From NCBI RefSeq assembly GCF_020745735.1, contig NC_083417.1:38006001-38070000 (forward strand): DNA of 64,000 nucleotides, read 5' to 3'. The notes beneath the pieces were generated by a model. The model saw nothing but the letters and a program-made list of their open reading frames with translations, had not been told where the DNA came from and ran no database searches. This DNA comes from Hemiscyllium ocellatum (Eukaryota). This document shows, one piece after another, positions 13,031 to 24,384 of the stretch (within the stretch, counting starts at the first letter, position 1; every line of letters starts with the position of its first letter). Both the position numbers and the translations under genes were made by a program.

Positions 13031-15274
13031 CTCTTCTTGGTGTCCCCATCACTGTTGCTGCCTGCTGCTTGAGGTCTTGATACAAAAAGAAATTGTGATT
13101 GTCTGTATATTAAGTGTTTTTTTGAGTTCTGTTTGGCATTGATGTTACCAAAATCACATCATATATTAGCCATCTCACTGAATATTTTACAAAGCAGTAC
13201 ATTCATGTCAGTACTGGCATGATAGGCAAAGAGAAACAGAATCACAAAAATAAAATAATGAAATATGGACCTACAGAATTAATTGTTATTTTAATCAAAG
13301 TTTAGACTGGTTTTGTTTTCTTTCTGCAATTTCACATGTCTTATGTTGAAAAGACATTATATTACATGCATACAATTTGTATACAGATAATGCAAATAAA
13401 TACAAGTGACTGTGTGAGAAATTGATCATGCAAAACATTTTATGTTATGCCAATGCAAGGAAGATTAGTTCAAGGTTTCAGACATCTGTCATCAAATGCA
13501 TTTAAAATAGCATTCATGCAATATTCAAAATGTCACAAATTATGTTAACTTATTGAATAACGTGGAGTAACAAGTCATTGGTTTCCACTAAAATAATTTT
13601 TGAAGGAAAGTAGTAATTTTAAAATGGATCAGTATTTCATATCCTTTCTGAAATCCAGTTTTTGTTTCAAAGTAATATTTTGATCTTGTGAATGATGATT
13701 ATTGTGTTTGTTCTCTTCCTTTTTAAGTTTTGCATTACATACTAGTATTCACAAATAAACACATGCATTTCCTAATTTTCCAGCTTTGCACATAAAATAT
13801 GGAAAAGAGAAATTAGTTCAGCCCACCAGGACCAATGTCTTTATTTTTAAAATTTAATCGTTTATTTTCATAAACAAATGATTCCTGATAACAATTTTGG
13901 TGATTTATTCTGTAAGAAATATGTGTTAATCAATTAGATTCTTCACTCTTACAAGTGTTCAATCATTGTAATGAGAAAGTGGAGTTGAGGCCTGAAATCA
14001 TCCACAATTGTATTCAATGATGAAGCTTGCTCAGTGGGCCATATGTGCATCTTCTTGTGGAAGACTGGCAACATCACATCGTTTGGATATGTCATTGTTA
14101 TTGTGTGAGACAGCTCCTTGATGCATGATCTGCTATAAATGCTGTTGGATGCGAATCTTATCAGATCGAGTGGATCGGTTGGAGAGACAGACAGAAGCGA
14201 TGAGGAATTTGCAACAGTATGTGATGGATGGCAGTTATAGGAAGGGGGGGGGGGAAGTCTCCGATACAGTCACATAGATGGGTTAACTCCAGGAAGGGTA
14301 AGAGAGATAGGCAGCTAGTGCAGGAGTCTTTTGTGGATATACCCATTTCAAATAGGTATGCTGTTTTGGAAAATGTGGGGGGTGATGGATTCTCAGGGGA
14401 ATGTAGCACGAACAGCCAAGTTTCTGGTATTGAGACTGGCTCTAATGCAAAGAAGGATACGTTGGCTTCCAAGAGATTAATTGTGTTAGGGGATTCTGTA
14501 GTCAGAGGTACAGACTGACATTTCTGTGGCCAGCAGAGAAAAAGCGGAATGGTGTGTTGTTTCCCTGGTGCCAGGATCAAGGATGTCTCGGAGACTGTGC
14601 AAAATGTCCTCACGAAGGAGAGGGGCCAGCAGGAGGTCATTGTCCACATTGGAACCAACGACATAGAAAGGGAAAAGGTTAAGATTCTGAAGGGAGATTA
14701 CAGAGAGTTAGGCAGAAATTTAAAAAGGCGGTCCTCAAGGGTAGTAATATCTGGATTACTCTCAGCGCTACAAGCCAGTGAGGGCAGGAATAGGAGGCTA
14801 GAGCAGATGAATGCATGGCTGAGGAGCTGGTGTATGGGAGAAGGATTCACATTTTTGGATCATTGGAATCTCCACTGGGGTAGAAGTGACCTGTACAAGA
14901 AGGATGGATTGCACCTAAATTGGAAGGGGACTAATATACTGGCAGGGAAATTTGCTAGAACTGCTTGCAAGGATTTAAATTAGTAAGGTGTGTGTACGTG
15001 TGTGGGTGGGGGGGAGGGAACCCAGTGAGATAGTGAGGACAGAGATCGACCTGAGATGGGTACAGCTGAGAACAGAAGTAAGTCAAACAAACAGTCAGGG
15101 CAGGCAGGGACAAGATGGGACTAATAAATTAAACTGCAATGCAAGGGGCCGAACAGGGAAGGCAGATGAACTCAGGGCATGGTGAGCAACATGGGACTGG
15201 CATATCATAGCAATTACAGAAACATGGCTCAGGGATGGACAGGACTGGCAGCTTAATGTTCCAGGATACAAATG

Positions 15275-15578
15275 ATTAGATTACAGTGTGGAAACAGGCC
15301 CTTCGGCCCAACAAGTCCACACCGACCCGCCGAAGCGCAACCCACCCATACCCCTACATTTACCCCTTACATAACACTACGGGCAATTTAGCATGGCCAA
15401 TTCACCTAACCCGCATATCTTTGGACTGTGGGAGGAAACCGGAGCACCCAGAGGAAACCCAAGCAGACACGGGGAGAACGTGCAAACTCCACACAGTCAG
15501 TCGCCTGAGTCGGGAATTGAACCCGGGTCTCAGGCGCTGTGAGGCAGCAGTGCTAACCACTGTGCCACCGTGCCGCCC
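15275..15578 (-). mobile_element. Young HE1-type V-SINE with 7-bp TSD ACAAATG
   Basis: Full tRNA head GGGCGGCACGGTGGCACAGTGG...GGTTCAATTCC, V-domain and TCTAA tail. TSDs at 15268-15274 and 15579-15585. The empty site is seen in the other CR1 copy (~55595). Confidence 0.95.
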
Positions 15579-16550
15579 ACAAATGCTACAGGAAGGATAG
15601 AAAGGGAGGCAAGAGAAGAGGAGGAGTGGCATTTTTGATAAGGGATAGCATTACAGCTGTGCTGAGGGAGGATATTCCTGGAAATACATGCAGGGAAGAC
15701 ATTTTGATGGAACTGAGAAATAAGAAAGGGATGATCACCTTATTGGGATTGTATTATAGACCCCCCAATAATCAAGAGGGAAATTGAGAAACAAACTTGT
15801 AAGGAGATCTCAGCTATCTGTAAGAATAATAGGGTAGTTATGGTAGGGGATTTTAACTTTCCAAACATCGACTGGGACTGCCATAGTGTTAAAGGTTTAG
15901 ATGGAGAGGAATTTCTTGAGTGTATACAAGAAAATTTCTGATTCAATATGTGGATGTATCTACTAGAGAAGATGCAAAACTTGACCTACTCTTGGGAAAT
16001 AAGGCAGGGCAGATGACTGAGGTGTCAGTGGGGGAGCACTTTGGGGCCAGCGACCATAATTCTATTCGTTTTAAAATAGAGATGGAAAAGATAGGCTAAA
16101 TCTAAAAGTTCAAGTTCTAAATTGGAGAAAGGCAAGAACTTTCGAAAGCAGATGTTCGCAGGTAAAGGGACGGCTGAAAATGGAAGCCTTCAGAAATGAG
16201 ATAACAAGAATCCAGAGAAAGTACATTCTTGTTAGGGTGAAAGGGAAGGCTGGTAGGTATAGGGAATGCTGGATGACTAAAGAAATTGAGAGGTTGGTTA
16301 AGAAAAAGAAGGAAGCATATGTCAGGTATAGACAGGATAGATTGAGTGAATCCTTAGAAGAGTACAAAGAAAGTAGGAGTATATTTAAGAGGGAAATCAG
16401 GAGGGCAAAACGGGGACATGAGATAGCTTTGGCAAATAGAATTAAGGAGAATCCAAATGGTTTTTAACAAATATATTAAGGACAAAACGGTAACTAAGGA
16501 GTGAATAAGGCCCCTCAAAGATCAGCAAGGCGGCCTTTGTGTGGAGTTGA

Positions 16551-17570
16551 AAAATGTGATGCTGGAAAAACATAGCAGGCCAGGCAGCATCCAAGGAGCA
16601 GGAGAACCGACATTTCAGGCATAAGCCCTTCTTCAGGAATGAGGCTGATGTGCCAAGTGGGCTGAGGTAAAAGGTAGGGGGGAGAGAATTTGGGGGAGGG
16701 GCACTGGGAATGCGATAGATGGAAGGGGGTGAGGGTGATAGACCAGGGAGGGGGTGGGGGCGGAGAGGTCGGGAAGAAGATTGCAGGTCAAGAAGGCGCT
16801 GCTGAGTCTGAGGGTTGGGATTGAGAAAAGTTGGGGGGGAGGGGAAATGAGGAAGCTGGAGACATCTGTATCCATCCCTTGTGGTTGGAGGGTTCCTAGG
16901 CGGAAGATGAGTCGCTCTTCCTCCAGGCGTCGTGTTGCCACGGTCTGGCGATGGAGGAGGCCAAGGACCTGCATGTCCTTGGCGGAGTGGGAGGGGGAAT
17001 TAAAGTGTTCAGCCACGGGGCGGTTGAGTTGGTTGGTGCACCTCTGGGACACGCGCACCAACCAACCCAACCGCCCCGTGGCTGAACACTTTAATTCCCC
17101 CTCCCACTCCGCCAAGGACATGCAGGTCCTTGGCCTCCTCCATCGCCAGACCGTGGCAACACGACGCCTGGAGGAAGAGCGACTCATCTTCCGCCTAGGA
17201 ACCCTCCAACCACAAGGGATGGATACAGATGTCTCCAGCTTCCTCATTTCCCCTCCCCCCAACTTTTCTTAGTCCCAACCCTCAGACTCAGCACTGCCTT
17301 CTTGACCTGCAATCCTCTTCCCAACCTCTCTGGCCTATCACCCTCACCTTAACCTCCTTCTACCTATCGCATTCCCAACGCTCCTCTCCCAAGTCCCTCC
17401 TCCCTACCTTTTATCTTAGCCTGCTTGGCACACCCTCCTTATTCCTGAAGAAGGGCTTATGCCCGAAACGGCGATTCTCCTTCTCCTTTGCTGCCTGACC
17501 TGCTGCGCTTTTCCAGCAACACATTTTTAAGCTCTGATCCCCAGCATCTTCAGTCCTCACTTTCTCCTAC
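16551..17570. mobile_element. Penelope-like element as a long inverted repeat (two GIY-YIG 3' ends in opposite orientation)
   Basis: Mirror ORFs 16633..17262(-) and 16754..17272(+) both contain PVAEHFNSPSHS...RRLEEERLIFRLGTLQPQGM, the C-terminus of a PLE GIY-YIG domain. Confidence 0.88.
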
Positions 17571-18440
17571 TTGAAACTTGAAAGGGTTCAGAAAAGATTT
17601 ACGAGGATGTTGCCAGGTTGGAGGATCTGAGCTACAGGGAGAGGCTGGACAGGCTGGGGCTGTTTTCCCTGGAGCATCGGAGGCTGAGGGGTGATCTTAG
17701 AGGTTTACAAAATTGAGGGGCATGGATAGGATAAATAGACAAAGTCTTTTCCGTGGGGTCGGGGAGTCCAGAACTAGAGGGCATAGGTTTAGGGTGAGAG
17801 GGGAAAGATATGAAAGAGACCTAAGAGGCAACTTTTTCACGCAGAGGATAGTATGTGTATGAAATGAGCTGCCAGAGGATGTGGTGGAGGCTGGTATAAT
17901 TGCAACATTTAAGAGGCATTTGGATGGGTATATGAATAAGAAGGGTTTGGAGAGATATGGGCCGAGGGCTGGCAGGTGGGACTAGTTTGGGTTGGGATGT
18001 CTGGTCGGCGTGAACGGGTTGGACCGAAGGCTCTGTTCCCATGCTGTACATCTCTATGCAAGCTCCAATATTAAAGCCTGATAAGTTATTGGAAAAGGAT
18101 AAGTATATTTTTGAAGGGAGAGAGTTGAGATTTCTCCCAGCATACATTACAAATATATCTCTTCCAGTTTGTGATGACCTGATGACAATGGAATAAAGAA
18201 TATAAAGAATAAACAAATAATTTAAAAATCCCTGCTTCATGATTACAAAGATATGACCCTCCCTGATGCGATTAAAGCTTGGTTCGAGCAGAATGCCAAC
18301 AGAATTGTGTCATCTGCCTCTACAGCCCTCAACACACCTGTGCTGACAGTCACCATTGCAGATGTCAGATTGGTCTTCCTGGGAGTAATCGAGCACTCAG
18401 ATTCTGTGCGGATCAACTGGCAGAGGTATTCACTGACATC

Positions 18441-18598
18441 TTAGATTAGATTACTTACAATGTGGAAACAGGCCCTTTGGCCCAACAAGTCCACACCGAA
18501 CCACCGAAGCGTGACCCACCCAGACCCATTCTCCTACATTTACCCCTTCACCTAACACTACGGGAAATTTAGCATAGCCAATTCACCTAACCTGCACA
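18441..18598 (-). mobile_element. HE1-type SINE, 3' half
   Basis: TTAGATTAGATTAC...GGAAACAGGCCC...CCCAACAAGTCCACACC as in 15275-15420. Confidence 0.8.
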
Positions 18599-19185
18599 AT
18601 TTCAACCTCTCCCCAAGCCAAAGTCCCTACCTGCTTTAAGAAGACCACCATCATCCCGGGATCTAAGATAGCACATGTAACCTGCCTTCATGACCACTGC
18701 CCAGAGGCTCTCACCTCAATAATCATGAAGTGCTTCAAAAGACTGGTCATGGCTTACATCAACTCCAGTCTCCCAACCTGCCTCAATCCCTGACTGATGT
18801 CATAAGTTCACAGGGGATGCCATTGCCCTAGGCCTGCACTCATCCCTGGAACATCTGGACTTTAAGGACACATCAGAGTCCTGCTCACCTTCAACACCAT
18901 TGTCTTCTCCAGATGGATCTTAAAACGCCAATACTTTGGTCTTGGCTCCCCTCTCTGCAACTGGATCCTTAGCTTTCTGACCCAAAGACCACAGTCCATG
19001 AAGATAGGAACTGCACCTCCTCCACCATAACACTCAACACTAGAGCATCCCAAAGGATGTGACCTCAGCCCCTTACTTTACTCACTATAAACCCATGACT
19101 GTTGCCAAATTCTGAACGAATACCATCTACAAGTTCAGTGATGACACCACCATATCTAATGACGATGAGTCAAAATAGCGAAGGG

Positions 19186-20068
19186 TATGTTTGCAGATGA
19201 CACCACAATTGGAGGTGTAGTGGACAGCAAAGAGGTTTATCTCAGATTACAACAGGATCTGGACCAGATGGGCCAATGGGCTGAGAGGTGGCAGATGGAG
19301 TTTAATTCAGATAAATGCGAGGTACTGCATTATGGGAAAGCAAATCTTAACAGGACTTGTACACTTAATGGTAAGGTCTTCAAGAGAGCTGCTGAACAAA
19401 GAGACCTTGGATTGCAGGTTTATAGCTCCTTGAAATTGGAGTCACAGGTAGATAGGATAGTGAAGAAGGCATTTGTTATGCTTTCCTTTATTGGTCAGAG
19501 TATTGAGTATAGGAGTTGGGACGTCATGTTGCGGCTGTACAGGATATTGGTTAGGCCACCGTTGGAATTCTGGTCGTCTTCCTATTGATAAGATGTGAAA
19601 CTTGAAAGGGTTCAGAAATGATTTATAAGGATGTTGCCAGGGTTGGAGGATTTGAGCTACAGGGAGAGCTGAACATGCTGGGACTGTTTTACCTGGATCG
19701 TTGGTGGCTGAGGGGTGACCCTATTGAGGTTTACAAAATTATGAAGGGCATGGATAGGGTAAATAGGCAAAGTCTTTTCCCTGGGGTCGGGGAGTCCAGA
19801 ACTAGAGGGCATATGTTTAGGGTGAGAGGGGAACGATATAAGAGATCTAAGGGGCAACTTTTTCACGGAGAGGGTTGTGTGTGTATAGAATGAGCTGCCA
19901 GAGGACGTGGTGGAGGCTGGTACAATTGCAACATTTAAGAGGCATTTGGATGGGTATATGAATAGGAAGGGTTTGGAGCGGTATTGGCCGGGTTGGGATT
20001 GGGTTAGGATATCTGGTCGGGTTGGACCGAAGGGTCAGTTTCCATGCTGTACATCTCTATGACTCTGA
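19186..20068 (+). mobile_element. 5'-truncated CR1 LINE
   Basis: ORF 19187 FADDTTIGG...WQMEFNSDKCEVLH; tail CTCTATGACTCT. Confidence 0.9.
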
Positions 20069-20224
20069 GATAGAGGACCTTGGTGACAAGCAGTTAGAAC
20101 AACCTCTCCCTCAACATAAACTAAATATGTTGGAAGGACCCCCCATCTACATCAATGGAACTGAGGATGAGCGGGTAGAGAAAATGAAGTTCCTCAGAGT
20201 GTTAATAATTGACAACCTGGCAAG

Positions 20225-21300
20225 GGTGACCAGGGTAGGGGACATGCTGGGTGCCGGGGTCCTGGGCTGGACGCTGCTGCAGGACATAAGAGAGCAGGGC
20301 AGTGGTAGACGTCCAGTATGTGGCCACCGCCATCCAACATCTTAAAACGTCGATGCTCGGACCCGATGTAGTGCACCAGTTGGAGGATACTCAGGTGTGC
20401 GGGGAATCCCATCCGCGCTTACCCCTGCCCAGAAGTAATTTTACATTGGCCTCAAGGTTCCATACTTCCCGCAGGGGCCTGTGCCCCACAACCTGAGCCG
20501 CCTCCGGAATTTTAATTTTGTCCCTTTTTAAGGACGTAAAAAGGCGGGCCCTGTATCGACTGCTGCTGCACACCGCCCACCTCTTCTCCCTCATCCACCG
20601 TTTGGACACGTCTTGTCGTGCCCATTTGCCACCAAGTGGTGGGGATCCCCAGTGGAGGGCTCCCAACACAGGAGTCCTCTCCTTCTCTCAGGGATCTGGG
20701 GTGGAAGGTGCTGCACGCAACGGTCCCCTGCAACCGCAGATTGCAGTGGTTCACGAACTCCCAGTCCAACTGCTTGTTCTGTGGCACTGTATAGTCCGTG
20801 GACCATGTGTATATTGGGTGTGGGTGTTTGCACTCCCTTTTTGATTTTCTTAAAAAGCTCCTCTGCTTTTGGTTGCACTTCAGTCCCACGCTCCTGATCT
20901 TTGGGCACCCGGTACGGAGGAGGGAGGGCATGTCTGAAGACCTCCTCGTGGGTCTGCTCTTGGGCCTGGCCAAAGTGGTCATAAACAGGTCCAGGCAGCG
21001 GGACGTGGAGGCGGTCGTTAAGGCTGACTGCCTGTCCCTCCTCCGCAGTTATGTTAGAGCCTGGTGTCTCTGGAGAAGGTGCACTTTATGTCTCACACCT
21101 GCACGCACACACCATGGGTGCTGGAGAAAAATAAGCACTACCGCAGTTAGGGATTTAGGCGGTAGTGTGGGGGTTAATTTTTTAAAAATTGTGCACCTTT
21201 TGTTGTTTACTGTGTCTCACACCTGCACACACACAACATGGCTGCTGGGGAAAAAATAAGCACTACTGCAGTTAGGGAGTTAGGCGATAGTGTGGGGGGA
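20225..21300 (+). mobile_element. Tx1/L1-clade LINE 3' fragment (GC-rich) with duplicated 3' UTR unit
   Basis: LYRLLLHT..., FSPTLLIFGHP...LLVGLLLGLAKVVINRSR resemble the Tx1 ORF2 C-terminus. Confidence 0.65.
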
Positions 21301-22529
21301 AAGAAGAACAGGTGTGCAAGAGGTTCTGTTCATTCTGCGAGAAAAAAATAATTGACAATCTATCCTGGATCTTCCAGTCAAGAAGGTACAACCATGCCTC
21401 TCCTTCCTCAGGTAGCTCAGGAAAATTGAAATGTTCACAAGAACCCTTACCAACTTCCAAAGATGCATCACTGAAAGCATAATGTCTGAGTGTATAACAG
21501 CCTGGTGTGGCAACTGCTCCAGGACTAAGAAACTACAGAGGCTGTATGCACAGCCCAGACAGAAGCCAACCTTCCATCTGAGAACTCCATTCACACAGCT
21601 CATTGCTGGGAAATGCAGTCACCATCATTGAAGACCCATTGCTCCCCAGTAATGATCGCCTACAATCTCTTTCATCAGGAGGAGATACAGAAGCTTGAAC
21701 ACATGCACTAGCAAGTTCATCAACAGCTCCTTCCCGGCCGTTATTAGATAAATGGATTCTCTCACCTCAAATAATGCTGATCTTGCTAATGTTGATCTTG
21801 CCTTGTGTATTCCCTGTGCAGTGTAACCTACATGATCTGTACATCACTGCTTACGATGAGCCGCCTGCATTGCTCATTGAGTGAATAATTTATTTTCACG
21901 TGGACCAAAACTAATGGTCACGCGTGTTTGCTTGGCAATTCTAATTTCAATTGTTTCCTTCAGAGAATAGCAGATATTAGGAATTACTAAAGAACAAAGT
22001 TAGCATCCTTTTATTGAATGTGTATGCTAAATTTTAATATATTTGTAGCTAAGTTTACAGCTAGTGAACTTGAAGTTTAAATCATTCAACTTGGATTACG
22101 CAGCACTTTTCTGGTAATGCACCAAACACTAAGAACGGATATTAACAGGACAATGCGTGGATTCACCACAATAACAATAACGTACACTGTAAAATGATAG
22201 TACACCAAAATTAAAAATAACACAAATTGTTGAGAAAGCTCAGCAGGTTGGACAGGTTTTGTCGAATGGTTAACATTTCGGTTCGAGTGATTCTTCCTCA
22301 GAACTGATGATACTCCGAAGTGGTTTTGAATGAGTGTATGAAGTCAGGTATGCAGCACCTGTCAGTGCTGGTGTTTTCAGCAGTCAGACACCATGTGTGT
22401 TTACCTTCCGAGTCACGTACTCTGCTGTCACCGGGCTGAACCCAGGCGCCGATTGGTCATGTGACCCACAATGACAGGCTCACATCACGTCATGAGAAGC
22501 AACCGCACCCCGTGTCGTCCCCGCCCCCA

Positions 22530-22698
22530 TGTCACGTGGAGTGTTACGTCCACGCCCCTTGTATCACGTGTCGAGTCGCATCCCGCCCCCTGTATCACGT
22601 GCCGAGTCGCATCCCGCCCCCTGTATCACGTATTGGAGTTGCATCCCCACCCCTTGTATCACGTGTCGAGTCGCATCCCGCCCCCTGTACCACGTGCC
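22530..22698 (+). repeat. 31-bp minisatellite TGTATCACGTGTCGAGTCGCATCCCGCCCCC (E-box + GC box per unit)
   Basis: Units start at 22560, 22591, 22622 (diverged) and 22655, with a partial unit at 22686 and a degenerate one at 22530. Confidence 0.9.
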
Positions 22699-22997
22699 GC
22701 AGTCCAGACCGTCCCGGAGCAAGATGGCGTCGGGCGGTGGGTCTTGCTGAGAGCGAGCGGCTTCAACGAAAAAAGGAACAGCTGCGCTTCGGGCTATTTG
22801 TGCTAATAATGCGAGTGTGAGATGTTTTCCGCTCCGACAGTGTTGATGACAAGACCTGCTCTCTCTATGCGGACGAGGAGTGAGGAGTTGTGCAGCTGCA
22901 GTTATCACATACATAAACATTTCTTTAGGACTCCCAGTTCCTGAGTGTTTATCAAACACAAGCTCGGGCTCCGGCTCCGGCTCCGGCTCTGGAGGAA

Positions 22998-23090
22998 ATG
23001 GCAGACTCGCAGCATCGGCCCTGTGCCGCCAGCAAACCGCCGCACTCCCAGCCACTGACTCTCTCACGGCTCCGAGAAGAGCACGGAAAG
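22998..23090 (+). pseudogene. Orphan duplicate of URI1 coding exon 1 (intact ATG and donor; no clear downstream URI1 exons)
   Basis: Same sequence as 9570-9662, with donor GTAAAG at 23091. No recognisable URI1 exon 3 between here and CCNE1. Confidence 0.75.
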
Positions 23091-24049
23091 GTAAAGGCCG
23101 TAAATAAGCGGCGGCGGCAGCAGCTGCAGCGGCGGCCATTGTGTTAAAATCAGGCGGAAGAACCAGGAGAAGGAGCCTGGGCTGCAGCGGGGTTTTTGTT
23201 TCAGGCTCCAGCCTGCGGGGCCCAGGTCATGTTTTGGTCAAAGTGTCACCGCCCCGTCTGCCCAGATCCGTTGTCACCTGTTTACTGGGGGCTCAGACAG
23301 ACCTGCTCCTCCTCCCACCCCCCGGTGTAGCGGGCTCTGGGCCGGGTTGTGATTCAGATCCCAGTCGGTCCAGCTCGGGTAGAAATCTCCCGTTAGCGAA
23401 ACGGGAGTGTTTTTTACAAGGTAGAAGAGTATCTGAGCATTTTCTAAATTGGCGAAAGGAGACAGCAGTGATTGGAAACGCGAAATTACTAGATAGCGTT
23501 CAAAAGTGTTTTTACTTAGGATTTTAAACGTGTGCATTTGCCTTTTAGGGCAGTCGTTTTCCTGAAGTCGAGTTCAAGCTATAAGCTCGGAGATTATGTA
23601 TTCCTGAAAGATCCAGGGATGGCGAACACTTTTTTCATCATCAGTACACTCACTTATATATCAGATGAGGTGTATCTAGGAAATAATGAATTGGTTTAAT
23701 AATTAATCTAAGTATGATCACGTTTTTATGGGCGACATTTATTTGCTGCAAAACGATTACGTTAAGCAGTGTTTTATATTTATCAGAAAAAGCAACAATA
23801 GTTGCTGCTGACCTTAAATTTGTACACAGTGCTTATAATTGTGGTTTCCTGATCTTTTTCATGTGACTTTTCATATTCTCCAAGGCAGCAAATCAGAAAT
23901 TGTCAAATTGCTGAATTGATTTATTTTTAATTTTTATCTAAAATATTGGGGTGTTGTAATTAGGTAACTTAAATTATATACTTTAAAAAGTTTTTAAGGT
24001 GTAGGGTTTCTTTCAGAATGGGTACCGTTGACATTCAGCAAAAATAATG

Positions 24050-24347
24050 TTTGATTACTTAGTGTGGAAACAGCCCTTTGGCCCAACAAGTTTACACCGA
24101 CCCGCCGAAGCGCACCCACCCAGACCCATTCCCCTATGTTTACCCCTAACACGGGGAATGGCCAATTCACCTGACCTGCACATTTTTGGATTGTGGGAGG
24201 AAACCGGAGCACCCGGAGGAAACCCGTGCAGACACTGGGAGAATGTGCAAACTCCACACAGTCAGTCGTCTGAGGTGGGAATTGAACCCAGCCAGGTCTC
24301 TGGTGCTGTGAGGCAGCAGTGCTAACCACTGTGCCACCATGCCGCCC
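24050..24347 (-). mobile_element. HE1-type V-SINE
   Basis: Same head, V-domain and tail as 15275-15578. Confidence 0.9.
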
Positions 24348-24384
24348 TCCTTAATGGCTTAAAGTGGGGTTGTGGAGGTGGGAT

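Larger units (their letters stand above)
14130..18058 (+). mobile_element. CR1 LINE (ORF1 SGNH esterase + APE + 3' end), with nested SINE and Penelope hairpin; RT domain missing
   Basis: ORF1 LIVLGDS..., FPGARIKD, VHIGTND, KDGLHLN. Colinear with the 54310-58188 copy. CR1-type tail ...GCTGTACATCTCTATG. Confidence 0.92.
18250..21880 (+). mobile_element. Fragmented Rex1/Babar LINE hosting nested SINE, CR1 and Tx1 pieces
   Basis: PTCFKKTTIIP...IIMKCFKRLV near 18625-18750; PIYINGTE.ERVEKMKFL near 20140; ITESIMSECITAWCGNCS in ORF 21431. Confidence 0.75.
22530..23484 (+). repeat. Right arm of inverted duplication: second copy of URI1 promoter/exon 1 with expanded minisatellite
   Basis: 22702-23457 is the reverse complement of 9203-9958 with no mismatch found by eye. 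Homology ends after an ~11-bp indel near 23459-23469. Confidence 0.95.

Noticed and set aside
15500-15578. tRNA genes at SINE heads (also 44548, 54294, 24347)
   Set aside because: These are tRNA-derived A/B-box heads continuous with SINE bodies, not standalone cloverleafs.
22530-22698. CRISPR-like array
   Set aside because: The units are adjacent tandem repeats with no unique spacers, there are no cas genes, and the context is vertebrate. It is a minisatellite.
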